A stretch of 63,389 nt of DNA, the filler included, from Globobulimina sp. (Eukaryota), in assembly GCA_003354225.1 (NCBI GenBank). It is 35 parts of 35 records of this genome, joined end to end, with 100 filler letters (N's around TTAATTAATTAA, not from the genome) between each part and the next. Parts side by side here need not be neighbours in the genome. Positions count along the whole stretch, not along the records: positions 36,295 to 38,008 come from PIVH01012806.1; positions 38,109 to 39,822 come from PIVH01012807.1; positions 39,923 to 41,636 come from PIVH01012808.1; positions 41,737 to 43,449 come from PIVH01012809.1; positions 43,550 to 45,262 come from PIVH01012810.1; positions 45,363 to 47,075 come from PIVH01012811.1; positions 47,176 to 48,888 come from PIVH01012812.1; positions 48,989 to 50,701 come from PIVH01012813.1; 27 more parts are not named here. One strand, given 5' to 3'. Shown in pieces: positions 37,441-50,077 of this stretch. The stretch's first letter is position 1; every line of letters begins with the position of its first letter. A model generated the notes under the pieces. It was not told the origin of the DNA, ran no database searches, and saw nothing but the letters and a program-made list of their open reading frames with translations. The position numbers and the translations under genes were made by a program.

Positions 37441-37657
37441 ATTTAACTTTTTTGGGTAGTTTCATTTCGTTTCATTTCAACGATTAGAAAAGTTTTTCGT
37501 TAGTTAGAGTGGTTTTGAACCTAGCATTCGAAGTTGACCTAGGTCATCGAATACTAGGTCAACTTCGAGTACTAGGTTGTAAACCACTCTAGCAAACCCA
37601 AAAACTTTGCTAATCGTTGAAATGAAACGAAACGAAACTAAGCCAAAAAAGTTAAAT
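37441..37657. repeat. Imperfect palindrome of about 217 bp (foldback/MITE-like hairpin)
   Basis: atttaacttttttg..tcgaagttgacctag mirrored by ctaggtcaacttcga..caaaaaagttaaat, with a loop of about 11 nt. Confidence 0.92.
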
Positions 37658-38108
37658 GCAACACCCATCGATTATTGTTTCTGCTAAAAAAATCTATTTT
37701 GTAACAGAAAAAAGCAGAAACTGATTTATCGTTAAGGGGATTCAAATAGATGTAACTTTTGTAAGTAAGAAAATCAAGATAGTAAATTAAGTCACGTCAA
37801 CAATAAACTGAGATGATCAAAAAAAAAGAACATTAATTGATCATTCCACAACAGTACAAAAGAAAAAAAACAGAACAAACGAAATGCCAACTTACCAAAA
37901 ACAACACGTAAGTTACATAATATTCATAGACAATTGTAAAAAAAACAAAAAAAAAAAAAAAAATTAACAAAAAATTTTTAAAAAAAAAATATTTTCAAAA
38001 CAAAATTANNNNNNNNNNNNNNNNNNNNNNNNNNNNNNNNNNNNNNNNNNNNTTAATTAATTAANNNNNNNNNNNNNNNNNNNNNNNNNNNNNNNNNNNN
38101 NNNNNNNN

Positions 38109-38721
38109 GATTTTTATGAATGGCCGACTCGCGTAAAATAGGCGGGAAATCTGATTTGAACTCAATGGTTTCAGCCTCAATCATTGTTTGTAATTTGTTG
38201 AATGATTTTTTTGCACTGAATGCAAAGTTTGATAATGAGTCGAACCAACCGGAATTTGAGTTGTCTGGTTTTTGTTCAATCTGCGATGGATCCAACCATT
38301 TTATCTCAACGTTATCATTTTTTTGATTGCTGTTGTTTTGGTTATTGTCATCATTTGTTTTTATATCTTCCACATCATCGGCTTCCATTTTATCAACATT
38401 TGAATCCTTAGTTTGTGATTCGTGTTCATTTCCTGTTAATTTTGTATCAGTCTTTTCCTCTGGTTTCAGCTCTTCAACTTTTCGAGGCACCGAACATATA
38501 ACATCGCCGACATGTCTATGAATACGAATAAAGCCTTGAAATCGAACCAAATCTGGCAAAATACGTATTGATGAATATACGTTGCTTGGATTTGTCTTAT
38601 ATTTCATGTTTCGATGTTGAAATTCATCTTTGGCCAATTTTGTGACTAATGCGATGCCACCAACCACGGCTGTGGCTGTAGCTGCTATACTTTTGAGATT
38701 AGCGGCTTGTGAGGTGGTCAT
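38109..38721 (-). CDS. Hypothetical protein N-terminus, 3' partial
   Basis: ATG ORF open to the contig edge with an N-terminal hydrophobic stretch. Confidence 0.5.
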
Positions 38722-38851
38722 GATTTGGTGGTTGGCTGCTGAAGGTTTTAGTAAAAGTTTTGCATATCAAAAAAGCAATCCTCAGCTCTACTGTGTTTAG
38801 ATAAAAAGCAGTGTAAACAGTAAATATATTTGTGTTAACACGATTTAAGAT

Positions 38852-39822
38852 ATGGCGGACGAAGTAACTGCAGATCTATTGTTGAATGAAGACGCACCAT
38901 CGTTGAATGAATATGATGCAGGCAATGTTAATAAATGTGATGATGGTGAACAATTAACAAAGACAAAATGTGCAGGCCGGTGCCGCACGAAAAGGGAATG
39001 TTGTTGTTGCGCAGTTGGTTTATTTATGTCACTAATTATTGTAGTGGCTGGATTTTTGGTATTTATATCAATATCTGCCAAATCAATCACTCCAGACTCC
39101 ATCGGAAAGCCATCTAAAACCGTATTTATCCGTCATCAAAATTCATCCGGACCGAATTACATTTTTTTAGAGTGGAAATCACCAGTTAGTACAGGTGGAG
39201 CATTTCTAACCTCATATACATTGCAATATAAATTATCCGCTCGCCCCGATTTCACAACAATATTGATGGTTGATCAAGGTTCACAAAAACATCATAATGT
39301 AACCAATTTGAACGGTTCTACAGTTTACGATTTCCGAATAACAGCAAACAACTTAGCCGGTTATAGCGGAAATTGGAGTGATATTTACGTTCAAAACACC
39401 AAACCATCGATAAACCCTCAACCACCACAACCGCCATTCCATATCAATACTAACAACTTTTCTGCTGAGAATATAGTTGCGCTGACAATGGGATTTGAAC
39501 CGTCATCAAATGGTGGATCGGCAATAATATTATACACAATTTATTACGGCATAAACAACGGAAATGGCGATAATAAAACAGTGTATAAACCTTTTTGTAA
39601 TGTGACATCTGCAGAGATTTCGTCATTGTCTTCATTTAATTATCCAAACTGCACAGGTAATTTAACCAGCTCTCAGTTATCCAAATTACTTCATTTTCGT
39701 GTTAACTCGAGCAATATTGTTGGACGTTCAGTATTTTCTGCATATACACCATGCATAATTCCACAAGAAAATATTAACGAATATATGTGTTCGCTCTACG
39801 ATGTACCATCAATAATTGCCAA
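38852..39822 (+). CDS. Type II membrane protein with fibronectin type III repeats, 3' partial
   Basis: Cys cluster plus TM helix; LEWKSPVSTGGAFLTSYTLQY..VTNLNGSTVYDFRITANNLAGYS; second repeat PSSNGGSAIILYTIY..FRVNSSNIVGRS. Confidence 0.85.
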
Positions 39823-39939
39823 NNNNNNNNNNNNNNNNNNNNNNNNNNNNNNNNNNNNNNNNNNNNTTAATTAATTAANNNNNNNNNNNNNNNNNNNNNN
39901 NNNNNNNNNNNNNNNNNNNNNNAAAAAAATACTGTTGAT

Positions 39940-40199
39940 GTTCTCACCTCATACTGTTGATAAAGTGCAATCTAATCGGTGCGCACCAATACTAAAAATC
40001 TGGTGCAAACTAATAATGCCGCACTATACGGTGCGCACGGATATTGTAAAAATGGTGCGCACCAATTGGTGCGCACGTATTAGTTCCAAACAACAAGTTC
40101 TCAAAGCATCGTCCGTTCATTGCATAGATTTGTCTCTTCTTTCATATGCTAGAATCCTGGGAAAATCTATCCTGGCACTGTCGTCTATGAGGTGAGAAC
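39940..40199. mobile_element. Putative MITE with 14-bp terminal inverted repeats and internal GGTGCGCAC repeats
   Basis: gttctcacctcata (39940..39953) and tatgaggtgagaac (40186..40199). ggtgcgcac occurs four times inside. Confidence 0.55.
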
Positions 40200-40333
40200 C
40201 CTGATATTAAGATTTTATTGAAGCGAGCTAGTCATCACAATAGTAGTACATATATAGGGCTAGGTTCTCAAATCTCAATGTAACAGACGAACACATTAGT
40301 CACTTATTAAGATATTATTATATATAAAAAAGT

Positions 40334-41636
40334 TTATGAATGTTCCACACCAATCCATTCAAAAACAGGTTGTATATCAACAGGAATATGTTTTTCTTGT
40401 AATTTCTGCAACGCTTTTTGCGTACATTGATGATTAACTGCATATTTATCAATTAATTGCTGTGCCCCATTTTTATCCGCATTCCCTTGTATTTCCAATA
40501 TTGTTTTGGTCAATGAAGTAATGCCTTTTTCAACATTCTCAAAATCTACACTAAAAAACTCACTCTCTTCGTCATAAACAAAGCCGCCATTCTCCATAAT
40601 CCAATTCAACTGAATCGCAATCCCTTTTCCATGCGCTTCATTTAAACCAAACCGAATTGATCGAAAACAGCCCGCTAAAAAGGATACCAATACCTGTTCA
40701 AAACTGGATGTTTTAAACAATCCATTTTTAATCAAATATAACAAGGAATATAAGCCAGCAATATCTGCTTTTGCTTCCTCAATGGCGGCATGCAAAGAGC
40801 CCATTGCCTGTCGCACAGAGCTGCAGCCACTGAACTTCTCCTCGTCCAACACATGCGGACCGAGTGAATGACACATCTCATGGCACAAAATATGATTAAA
40901 AAACGCTGGAAAAGTTACCATGTCGCGTTGTTTCGGATGAATTACAATCTCACTGATTGGCAGTAACACATTTTCAAATTTTGCCTGTTGAATATTGCGC
41001 AAAATCACCAATTTATTGCCATGTTTCTTGGTCACTCTCTCATCATTTGGCAGGTTAAAAGCAGCGTATTGCGGACCACCTCGATCCCCACCAACGGCGA
41101 TTTGGTCCACGACCACAATGGGTTTGCCCTGTACGATGGCGTCGTTTTTGTACATATCATCGCACGGCAAATTATTCTCTAAATCTTGCAATTTGTCTGC
41201 AAATAATTGTATTGCTGCTGAGCCCTTTTGATCTGTTAAACATATAAATGCCTCAAACGCTGCTTTTTGACCCAATAGTTCGTCTTCATACGTCTCATAG
41301 GGACCGATTGTTACATCAATCACTGACTTTTTATCAATATTTAACCAGTCAATATCTGATTCGATGTAGGAATTGGATAAAAATGCTGCGGAACGAGAAG
41401 TTAAATATCGTTTTAATGACTCATTCTCAACTAAATCAGCTGCAGATTGCAATAATTCCGATGCGGGTTGCAACCATTTGGCATAAGCTTCGTTATATGG
41501 CACATATTGTAATGATTTGTTGTGTGTCTTATCGCGGACAATTACGGTGAAAAAAGACTTTGCTTCGCTTTTTTCGTCGTCGTTGTTCAATGATTGTGCG
41601 TATTTATTAAATTCATCAACGGTCATATCTGGGGGG
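40334..41636 (-). CDS. Peptidase M49-like zinc hydrolase (NUDT3/DPP III-like), 5' partial
   Basis: IGPYETYEDEL.GQKAAFEAFI, AFNLPNDERV, HILCHEMCHSLGP, EEAKAD, FRSIRFGLNEAHGKG. Confidence 0.92.
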
Positions 41637-41736
41637 NNNNNNNNNNNNNNNNNNNNNNNNNNNNNNNNNNNNNNNNNNNNTTAATTAATTAANNNNNNNN
41701 NNNNNNNNNNNNNNNNNNNNNNNNNNNNNNNNNNNN

Positions 41737-43421
41737 GAATATTCTATGCATTGCCAAAACAGAACGTGTATAAAAATAAGACATACCTTTGGTATATGTT
41801 GAGCATAAATATTGCGTTTATGAGGCAGATGTTTCTCAATATTATTATAAATATGTTTAGCTTTCGCACATAATGTATCATATCGTAATCTGTTTAATTC
41901 TGGAACTTGATCCACCACTTCTTGCACCAAATCATTTTTTGATTCGATTATGGGGATATCTGTGTATTTATTATCCACGCTCCAAAAAGTAATGCGTTGA
42001 CCGTATATATATTTTGTTAATGGCTTCTTATCCGCTCCTCGAATGGTAAGATAATTCCATCGGTTTGATATCACAGATAAAAATTCTATTTTTGGCAATG
42101 TACTAAATACTAAACCATCAATTTTATAATTTTCCAGTCGATTAATCATCGTAATTGGATCAGCAACGCCATCTTCGACGATATTCTTCCTATCTTCGCT
42201 CGAATGTAATACCACCGCAGCAAAATTAGCAACAGTCGGCGATAATCTTTTAAATAGCTTTATAGCTCTCACATTGATGCATAATTTGTCCCGCTCATAA
42301 AATAAAACATTAATCAACTTTTCGCTGTCGATGGTGGTCGGAAATAATGATTTATAATAACTGTCGCGAAATACTTCTTGGTCATATTGCTGGATACCCG
42401 CTTCTTGCATAAATGGATAGATTTCGACGGAGGTTTTGTTTCTTAACTCATAAATATAATAATTGAGCGCTATATTAATTCGCAACTGCTTCCATTTATG
42501 TATATCATTCCAAAATCGTCGCAAATAAAACATCAAATCATCAAATGTTTCATTCAATCGTTTTCTCAAAATATCAATTAATTCAATCTCGCCCAATGCG
42601 ATACAAATCAGCTCTGAAAATTCGCAACGACTCAATGCGAATTTCAATGCATTTTGCTTGATTTGCTTCTCTTTGAAAAAACTAAAAGTAACACATATAA
42701 AATCAGTGCAATATATATACAAAATAAAAAATATAACATACTCTTGATTTGCTTCCATAAACCAATCAATACACATCGAGCCAGAAAAATGTGTCTTTTC
42801 AGCTAAACCAAAAGCATTTTCATTTTGCAATCTGTGCATAATATGTTTGGTGAGTCCACATAAACGGCAATGAGTGATATTGGAGGAATAATAATATATC
42901 CTGTTCATCATTATTGTATTATTATATTGTCCGCAATAATCACATTTGAAATTGTAAAAATCAAACTGTAACCACGACAAAATATGTTCCATATATTTAT
43001 TACAATAGGATTCGTTTTCTGTTTTGCCCGATTTGGTCAAAGCTGATATTATTCTGTACACATTGTTCGATTGTTTCTCTTCAGTCTTAATATCAAAATG
43101 CGATGCCAGATGATGATGCAATTCATTTTGATCGGACCACCCTTTGAATGCCAATCCTTTGCAGCAATGACAGTGCGATAACGGACAAAACCATAAAACG
43201 GATGATATTGAACCTTGTAATTCTATGGGTAATATTTGGCAAAGTTTACCAGCCGTTTCTTGAAAGGGTGCCTTTATTCCAATTTTTAATAGATCCAAAA
43301 CCGAATGCATTTCGTTAAAATCCTCGGCAAAAAAAGATTTGCCCTCAAACACTGTGCACCGCGCCTTGCGATCTATGCATAAAAAAAACAAATATCGAGT
43401 CAGATTACGAAATAAAAACAA
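41737..43421 (-). CDS. Hypothetical protein, internal fragment (ORF probably reads through in-frame introns)
   Basis: Very long open frame with CDYCG..CRLCG. AT-rich intron-like segments near 42672..42740. Confidence 0.5.
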
Positions 43422-43549
43422 AAAACATATTTTTAACTGAATCGCGGAGNNNNNNNNNNNNNNNNNNNNNNNNNNNNNNNNNNNNNNNNNNNNTTAATTA
43501 ATTAANNNNNNNNNNNNNNNNNNNNNNNNNNNNNNNNNNNNNNNNNNNN

Positions 43550-45152
43550 TTGCAACGAAACAATATATAATTGTAAGAATTGTCAGCAACATTTCGATTT
43601 AAAGCATTACTTGACATTATCTGATAATGATAGAGCCGAGCTGGAATTCGTAGCAATTCATTCAAACACGGATTCATTGATTATTCCAAAATATATTACA
43701 ATCGAGTTAGAGCGGTGCAGCATATCCTTTATGGATTTGGGTATAACCACAACTGATTATAGTCCAGCTATTGAGTTTACATTTTGGTTATCTTCCAATT
43801 GTTATTCGAGAGTAGGAACAAAGTTTTCCTTAAATATTACAGCGCCATCACTCAATTTATTTACAGAATTAATTATCAGCATAGTAACAAATTCCACAAA
43901 GACATCCAAACTGTGTGATGTCAATATTGATTGCTTTGAATTTAATAATGGAAGTAGTTTTGTTATTTATCATGAAACAAATGGTGTTAAAGATGGATCA
44001 TTTGATGTAGTAATTGAATCAAATATGATTGATTTGCGAGTAAATACATCGCGTATTAACGTCTTACAATATATCACATCAAAAAAGAGAAATATATTTG
44101 ACAAACGTCTATTGAATTTGTTATATTTATTGATAATTCCAATTATTATCCTTTTGATTGTTTTCATGTATCTGCGAAAACAATACAAAAATGCATTTGT
44201 AATCAAAAACTCTTTGGTTGCCATCATTGCAATATCTCAATTTGACGACAAAACACTGCATTTGGGCGGTGTTGAAAAAAACGTCAGAGATCTCACAAAA
44301 CTATGGAGAGATGAATATAATTATGATGTTTTTGTGTGTAATGAGAGTACATTATATGTTACAAAACGCGATGTAATTATGTTTATTGATAGTTATAAGC
44401 ACAAGTTACGGGATGAACACTATAAATCTGTCATCGTACATATTATATCGCATGGTGGTGATGACTCGTTTTCCAGCTCAGATGGCCAGAACATCCCTAT
44501 TGAACTTATCCGTCACGAATTAATTGAAGAATCAAGGTTTTTGGAGCAAAAGGAGTTAATAAAAGTGATATTCCATCACGGATGCAGAGGACATGCAGAT
44601 TATAATATTTCTTCTAATCCATCCCGTACAACAGATGCAAATGAAAATGGAGGTTATGATTATGAAATGCGAGCTGCATTCAATGCGAATGGATTGATTG
44701 ATAATACTGAACATATAAATATTACTTATGAGTCAAACTGTGTTACCATAGCTGGGACTATCACAGGGAGAGCAATGTCAGATTCAGGTACATTTACAGA
44801 TTGTATATGTGATTCGTTTGGAGATAATTTGAATAGAATAATAAAAGCGAGTTTTAATTCATTAATAACTGAAATTGGACGGACTTTAGAAAATAAAACA
44901 AATCATGCTGAATTATGCAATATTAATGGCACTTTGCGTTATGATTCAATTCGATTTGAAAAATCAACAGCCAATAAATATCATCTTGATGTTGAAATGC
45001 AACAAATAGAGAGTATAAATAATATTAATCATGATCCCCAACAGGAGAATAGCAATGATCCAAAGTTACAACGAATGGTGTTTGAAGAGGAAAAGAATGC
45101 GACTGAAATTGGGATTGATGAAACAGAAATTGTAAATGATAAGATTATGTAA
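43550..45152 (+). CDS. Single-pass membrane protein with a cytoplasmic caspase-like (C14) domain, 5' partial
   Basis: TM LLYLLIIPIIILLIVFMYLRK, then VAIIAISQFD..GVEKNVRDL, catalytic IISHGG and FHHGCRG. Confidence 0.85.
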
Positions 45153-45362
45153 AAAATTGAGAAACTATCATTTTCTTCAAATTTTAAAGTTTTACGTTGA
45201 TTTGCTCTAATTGTTTTAAGGGCGACTACACGAGAGTGATTTGCCCAGAACTGGCTGCAAGTNNNNNNNNNNNNNNNNNNNNNNNNNNNNNNNNNNNNNN
45301 NNNNNNTTAATTAATTAANNNNNNNNNNNNNNNNNNNNNNNNNNNNNNNNNNNNNNNNNNNN

Positions 45363-46282
45363 ATCCTCCAAATCTTTAGAAAGCAGCGATATTGTGGTAA
45401 AAGTCGCAAATAAAGGTCTTCACAGCGAATCTGCGGTCATCATCGATGGCACCAAATACAACGTCAACGAAAACATTCTCTCAGAAACAGAGATTCAGCA
45501 ATATTTGACCAGCGCCACCACTCCCAACTCCATTGTAAAATATGTCCATTCATTTGAAGACGACGAGAATTATTTTCTAGTCCAAGAATATGGCGGCGTT
45601 TCATTAATGTCGTTCACGATGAAAATACACGAATACATTTCCAAAGGACACATTGATATTTGCGAATGGCATAAAGTCGTAAAAATAATTTATAAGCAAA
45701 TGCTTGAATGTATCGAATACATTCACAGCAAAGATGTCTGTCATTTTGATATAAGTTTAGAAAACTTTCTCATCAATGATATAAATATCACCATCCATCC
45801 AACTACCAATGGGGGCCACAAATTAACTTTCTGTTTAGATAATGTCCAGGTGAAATTATGCGATTTTGGGTATGTGTTACGTTTCATTCTGCAGACATTT
45901 GCTCAGAAACAGATGTATGTACTGCAGGTTGGCGGAGCTATTTGCTGCAGACTCGACCTTTGTTAGCAGCAAATTCTGTGGTAAGAAATTCTACAAATCA
46001 CCGGAGGTGACTCGGAGAACGATATTTAACGCAAAAGCGAACGATATTTGGTGTGTCGGTGTATGTTTATTCATGTTGGTTGTGGGCTGTCCACCTTTTA
46101 CCAAATCAGACACAAAATGTCAATTATTTAATTATATCATCAATGGACATTTTGTTGAGCTGTTAAGCGCGTGGAACAAAGTTAATTATGTGAATAAAGA
46201 ATTGATTATAATGTTTCTGTTCATTTTTAAATACGAACCGCAGCGATGCAGTTTATTAGCGCTTAAAAAAATGCTTTGGTAA
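45363..46282 (+). CDS. Ser/Thr protein kinase (CAMK-like, HFD catalytic loop), 5' partial; intron about 45870..45928
   Basis: IVVK, VCHFDISLEN, KLCDFG|LAE, YKSPEV, DIWCVGVCLF. Confidence 0.92.
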
Positions 46283-47175
46283 ATAATAACTGTTTAATAT
46301 CTTATTTGTTTTTTGTTTTCTTTTTAAATCTATTTTTTGTATTTGCAATGTAGACTATACATTTGTTTTGTAATTATGTTGTTTTGTTACATGTCTATGT
46401 TAGATCCATTCTATTTTTGTACGTGTTTGATATCAAACTTATATAACAAAAATGGGTAATAACAAATACTAAAACTGAGTGACAAATAAGTTTTTTGACC
46501 TCTTTATTATAAGTAATATTATACTTTTTCTCCTTTTTTTTTATAAATAGTGATTTCTGTTTAATACGTGTTTTCTGTATTTTTTCTCACTTTATACTTG
46601 TTTTCCTTTTTCTTTTTGGTGTGGTTGTTTAATTTTGATTCATTGCATGCATTGCATGAGCTTAATAAAGCGAAAGTCGTTGCAATTGCAATGTGGATTA
46701 ATATTTGTTTCCCCTTTTTACAACAAATTCTTTGTGTCTTTCCTTTGAATTCTTTTTCTTTTCTTGTTTTGGGTCGGGACACAGTTCTGCATATTAATTT
46801 TGTTTTATTTGCTGTGTGAATCTGTGTTTTGTTGATGTTTAAAAATCTATTTCTCTTTTTTTTAAGTATCAGTTTTCTTATCATGTACATTTTTATTGTT
46901 GTTGTTTTAATTTAAAATTAAACATTTCAACACAGAAACATTTAAAAAAAAGTACTGTAGATTTGGAAATGTTGTATACAAATACAGATAACACAAATAG
47001 TGGTTGCAAACTATTCGGACTTCATTGGAAGTACACATATAATATGTAGCTCGCCATAGCACGGAACAGTTTTCANNNNNNNNNNNNNNNNNNNNNNNNN
47101 NNNNNNNNNNNNNNNNNNNTTAATTAATTAANNNNNNNNNNNNNNNNNNNNNNNNNNNNNNNNNNNNNNNNNNNN

Positions 47176-48533
47176 AAATGATTTATTCTTCAATACAAAC
47201 AATATCCAATTAATACTCAAACACCATCCAAATTTGCCGAAAATCGAAACATTGATAGAAAATATGTTCAAAATATTTGAAATTGATCCAGAAATATGTG
47301 GCAAATATGGATTTATTCAAAGAGATGACATCGAAATCCATTATAAAAGAGATCAAAATATTTTGGAATTGTTACCAATTGGTTTTATTCCAAAGCAATC
47401 AAACTTAGCTTTAACAGAATCACAAAAACAAAATGCATTGGAATTAATACAACAGGCAGAATAATATGGATAGATATAATTTAACAAATGATTATAATAC
47501 GCATTTGTATCGATATCTATTTGATGAAATCAATAAAATTAAACAAACAAATTACAATAAAGGCGTTTCGGGATTAATTATTTTAAATTGGTTCATAACA
47601 AATGATATAACATTGAATGATTTCACATTTTTGAGATTAAACACAATTAAAACAATAATTAGATACACGGTATACACAAAAAAGAACGATATCAGATCTT
47701 TCTGTATCACACAAATTAAACGACCCCGAAAAGTCGAAACAAAAATGAAAATAAAAAAACTTTTAAGTGGATCTTTTTTATGCAAAAAAGGTTGTAGTAT
47801 TTGTACAACACACAATAGAAACGGTACACAATTACTATTATCAGGCGATTTTTATGTATCATCCAAATTAAATAAGAAAATTCATATTAATATTCATCTA
47901 AATTGCGACTCAAAATGGTGTATTTATATCATGTTTTGTATAAATTGTGGTATCGAGTCAGTGGGATCCACACAAAACAAAGTTAAAATCCGTATAAACC
48001 AACATAAAAACGCCATTATTAACAATAAAGATGCAGCAAATTATCCAATGGTCAGACATTTTAATCGCATCAACTCCGAATGTTATAATCATGAAAATAA
48101 ATTGAAAAATTGTAGATTTATGTTATTAGATGGATTGGAAATGAATAATAAGATACAATTTCAAGCCGCGGATCAAAGATTAAATAAATTGGAGATTAAA
48201 TATCAAGGCGACTTACTAACACATATTTATTCGGGGAACGATAAAAAGGATTTTAATAACAAGGGATTAAATCGACGCAATTATAATAATAAATTTAATA
48301 AATACAATAAACAGATTATAATCGAAAGATTACAGGGGAGAAAAGTGAAAAATATGTGGAATATCAATTGGATATTAAATAAAGAGAATTTAAAATATGA
48401 TTATAACAGAAACAAATTATATAAAATCAAATATACAAAGAGTTATAACTTAACACAAAAAACAAAACGAGAAAACAAAAGAAAAAACACCATAAAAAAT
48501 ACCATTGAACAAAAACAAATCACTGAGAATTAG
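47176..48533 (+). mobile_element. Penelope-like retroelement 3' part (RT C-terminus, Cys-rich linker, GIY-YIG endonuclease), frameshifted at about 47462
   Basis: IQLILKHHPNLPKI..DPE..HYKRDQNILELL; CKKGCSIC; NCDSKWCIYIMFCINCGIESVGST..RINQHK..PMVRHFN..H..E..GLN. Confidence 0.8.
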
Positions 48534-49139
48534 CTCGTATCGTTTTATTTTATTATTAGACATTAGTTTGGAGATTATTTGTTAAGTTCTGTACATATTT
48601 TATTTTATCATTGTCTCTTGTATATATTTCGGACTTTTTTAACTGTTTTATATTAATTTTTATTGTTTCATTAAAAATCTTTGATTGCTTATCATTTTGG
48701 AACAAAACCTTATTGTTGGAGGGTATTTGTGTTTTTCTTTTTTATTTTTTATGCCAAACACCCCATCTTTTTACCATTGCATTGATCCATTTTGTTGATG
48801 GGTATAAAAGCAGAGAATTACTGCCATTATACTTCATTTATGTTAATACAATGTCCCTGACCGAATATTACTTTTTATCTATGTTTGANNNNNNNNNNNN
48901 NNNNNNNNNNNNNNNNNNNNNNNNNNNNNNNNTTAATTAATTAANNNNNNNNNNNNNNNNNNNNNNNNNNNNNNNNNNNNNNNNNNNNGACTGTAAAATT
49001 AATGGTTGGAGAGAGAAATGGCTATATCATTGTTCCCCTTGTACTGAATAATATTATAACTCTTTACTTTCACTTCAACGATATGTCAGTGCATTGCAAA
49101 AAGATTTTTTTTCCTATACTAAATTATTGTAATTTATCA

Positions 49140-50077
49140 TTATCTAAGTTTGATTAGGCAATCCTTGATAATTTTGTGCAGCAATGGATCAAATAACATG
49201 TCAGAAACAATCAGCATAGCTGTTAACAACATAAATATTCCGATCCTATCGCCCAAGAAATATCCTTGAAATTCCGCCGTCAGAACAGAATATCCCATCA
49301 ATATGCAAACCACACAAAATACAAACGACCCCGTCAAGACATACAATACAATCGGTTTTGTGAGCAAAAAAGAAATCGGAGGAATCATAACCAAAAAATA
49401 AAAAGCTGCTACAAATGCAATCGCACCGTTATCCACTCCGAATTCATCAAATATGGCACTGAGCACTGCAAAAGAAAAAAAATCAATCAATGCCAAAAAT
49501 AAAAACAATGCATTGTAGATAACAATTCTCCATTTGTTCTCGTTTAAAAGCTTCATTTCATACAAATCAAAGCCAGCCAACATTCCATGTAAACCAACAA
49601 ATGTTTGCTCTGCAAAATATATGCCAGCAACGGGTGGGCAATGCCACATGCTCCAAAAAAATAAAACAAACCACCAATACAATACAGCCAAATCACACTC
49701 CATTTCACCCACTTTTCTCTTGGGATTGTTTTGCCCATTTTGGTGCTCAAAGTACTGACTAAAGTTATAATGGAGGCCACACACAATATGGTGTTGGCAA
49801 ATGCAGAGAGACCATATCCAGCCTTGAATTCCGCGGAGATTGGAGTTGCAAACCATACACCAAACAACAACATGGATACTAAGCATAGTGATGATGCGAT
49901 GTACACAGTTCGTATGAAGGCATTGCCACACAAACCATTTTCATATATATTTGCAGCATTTGGTTGTGGCATATCGTGAAATTCTTTGTTTTCCTGCTCA
50001 ATCTCTACGGGCATGATTTGAGGACAATGTGCTTCAAACCAATTGGTTTGATTCATATAAAAACCATCTTCTGTCAA
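49140..50077 (-). pseudogene. Multi-TM membrane protein split between two frames
   Basis: Hydrophobic ORFs 49553..50077 and the 3' part of 49140..49931. Frame change near 49560 with no typical-length intron. Confidence 0.4.

Noticed and set aside
46561-46890. Lys-rich ORF and its Phe-rich antisense
   Set aside because: They arise from A/T-rich low-complexity sequence with no domain.
48534-48888. Hammerhead ribozyme or SECIS downstream of the Penelope-like ORF
   Set aside because: No CTGANGA..GAAA core with stems and no in-frame TGA were seen by eye.
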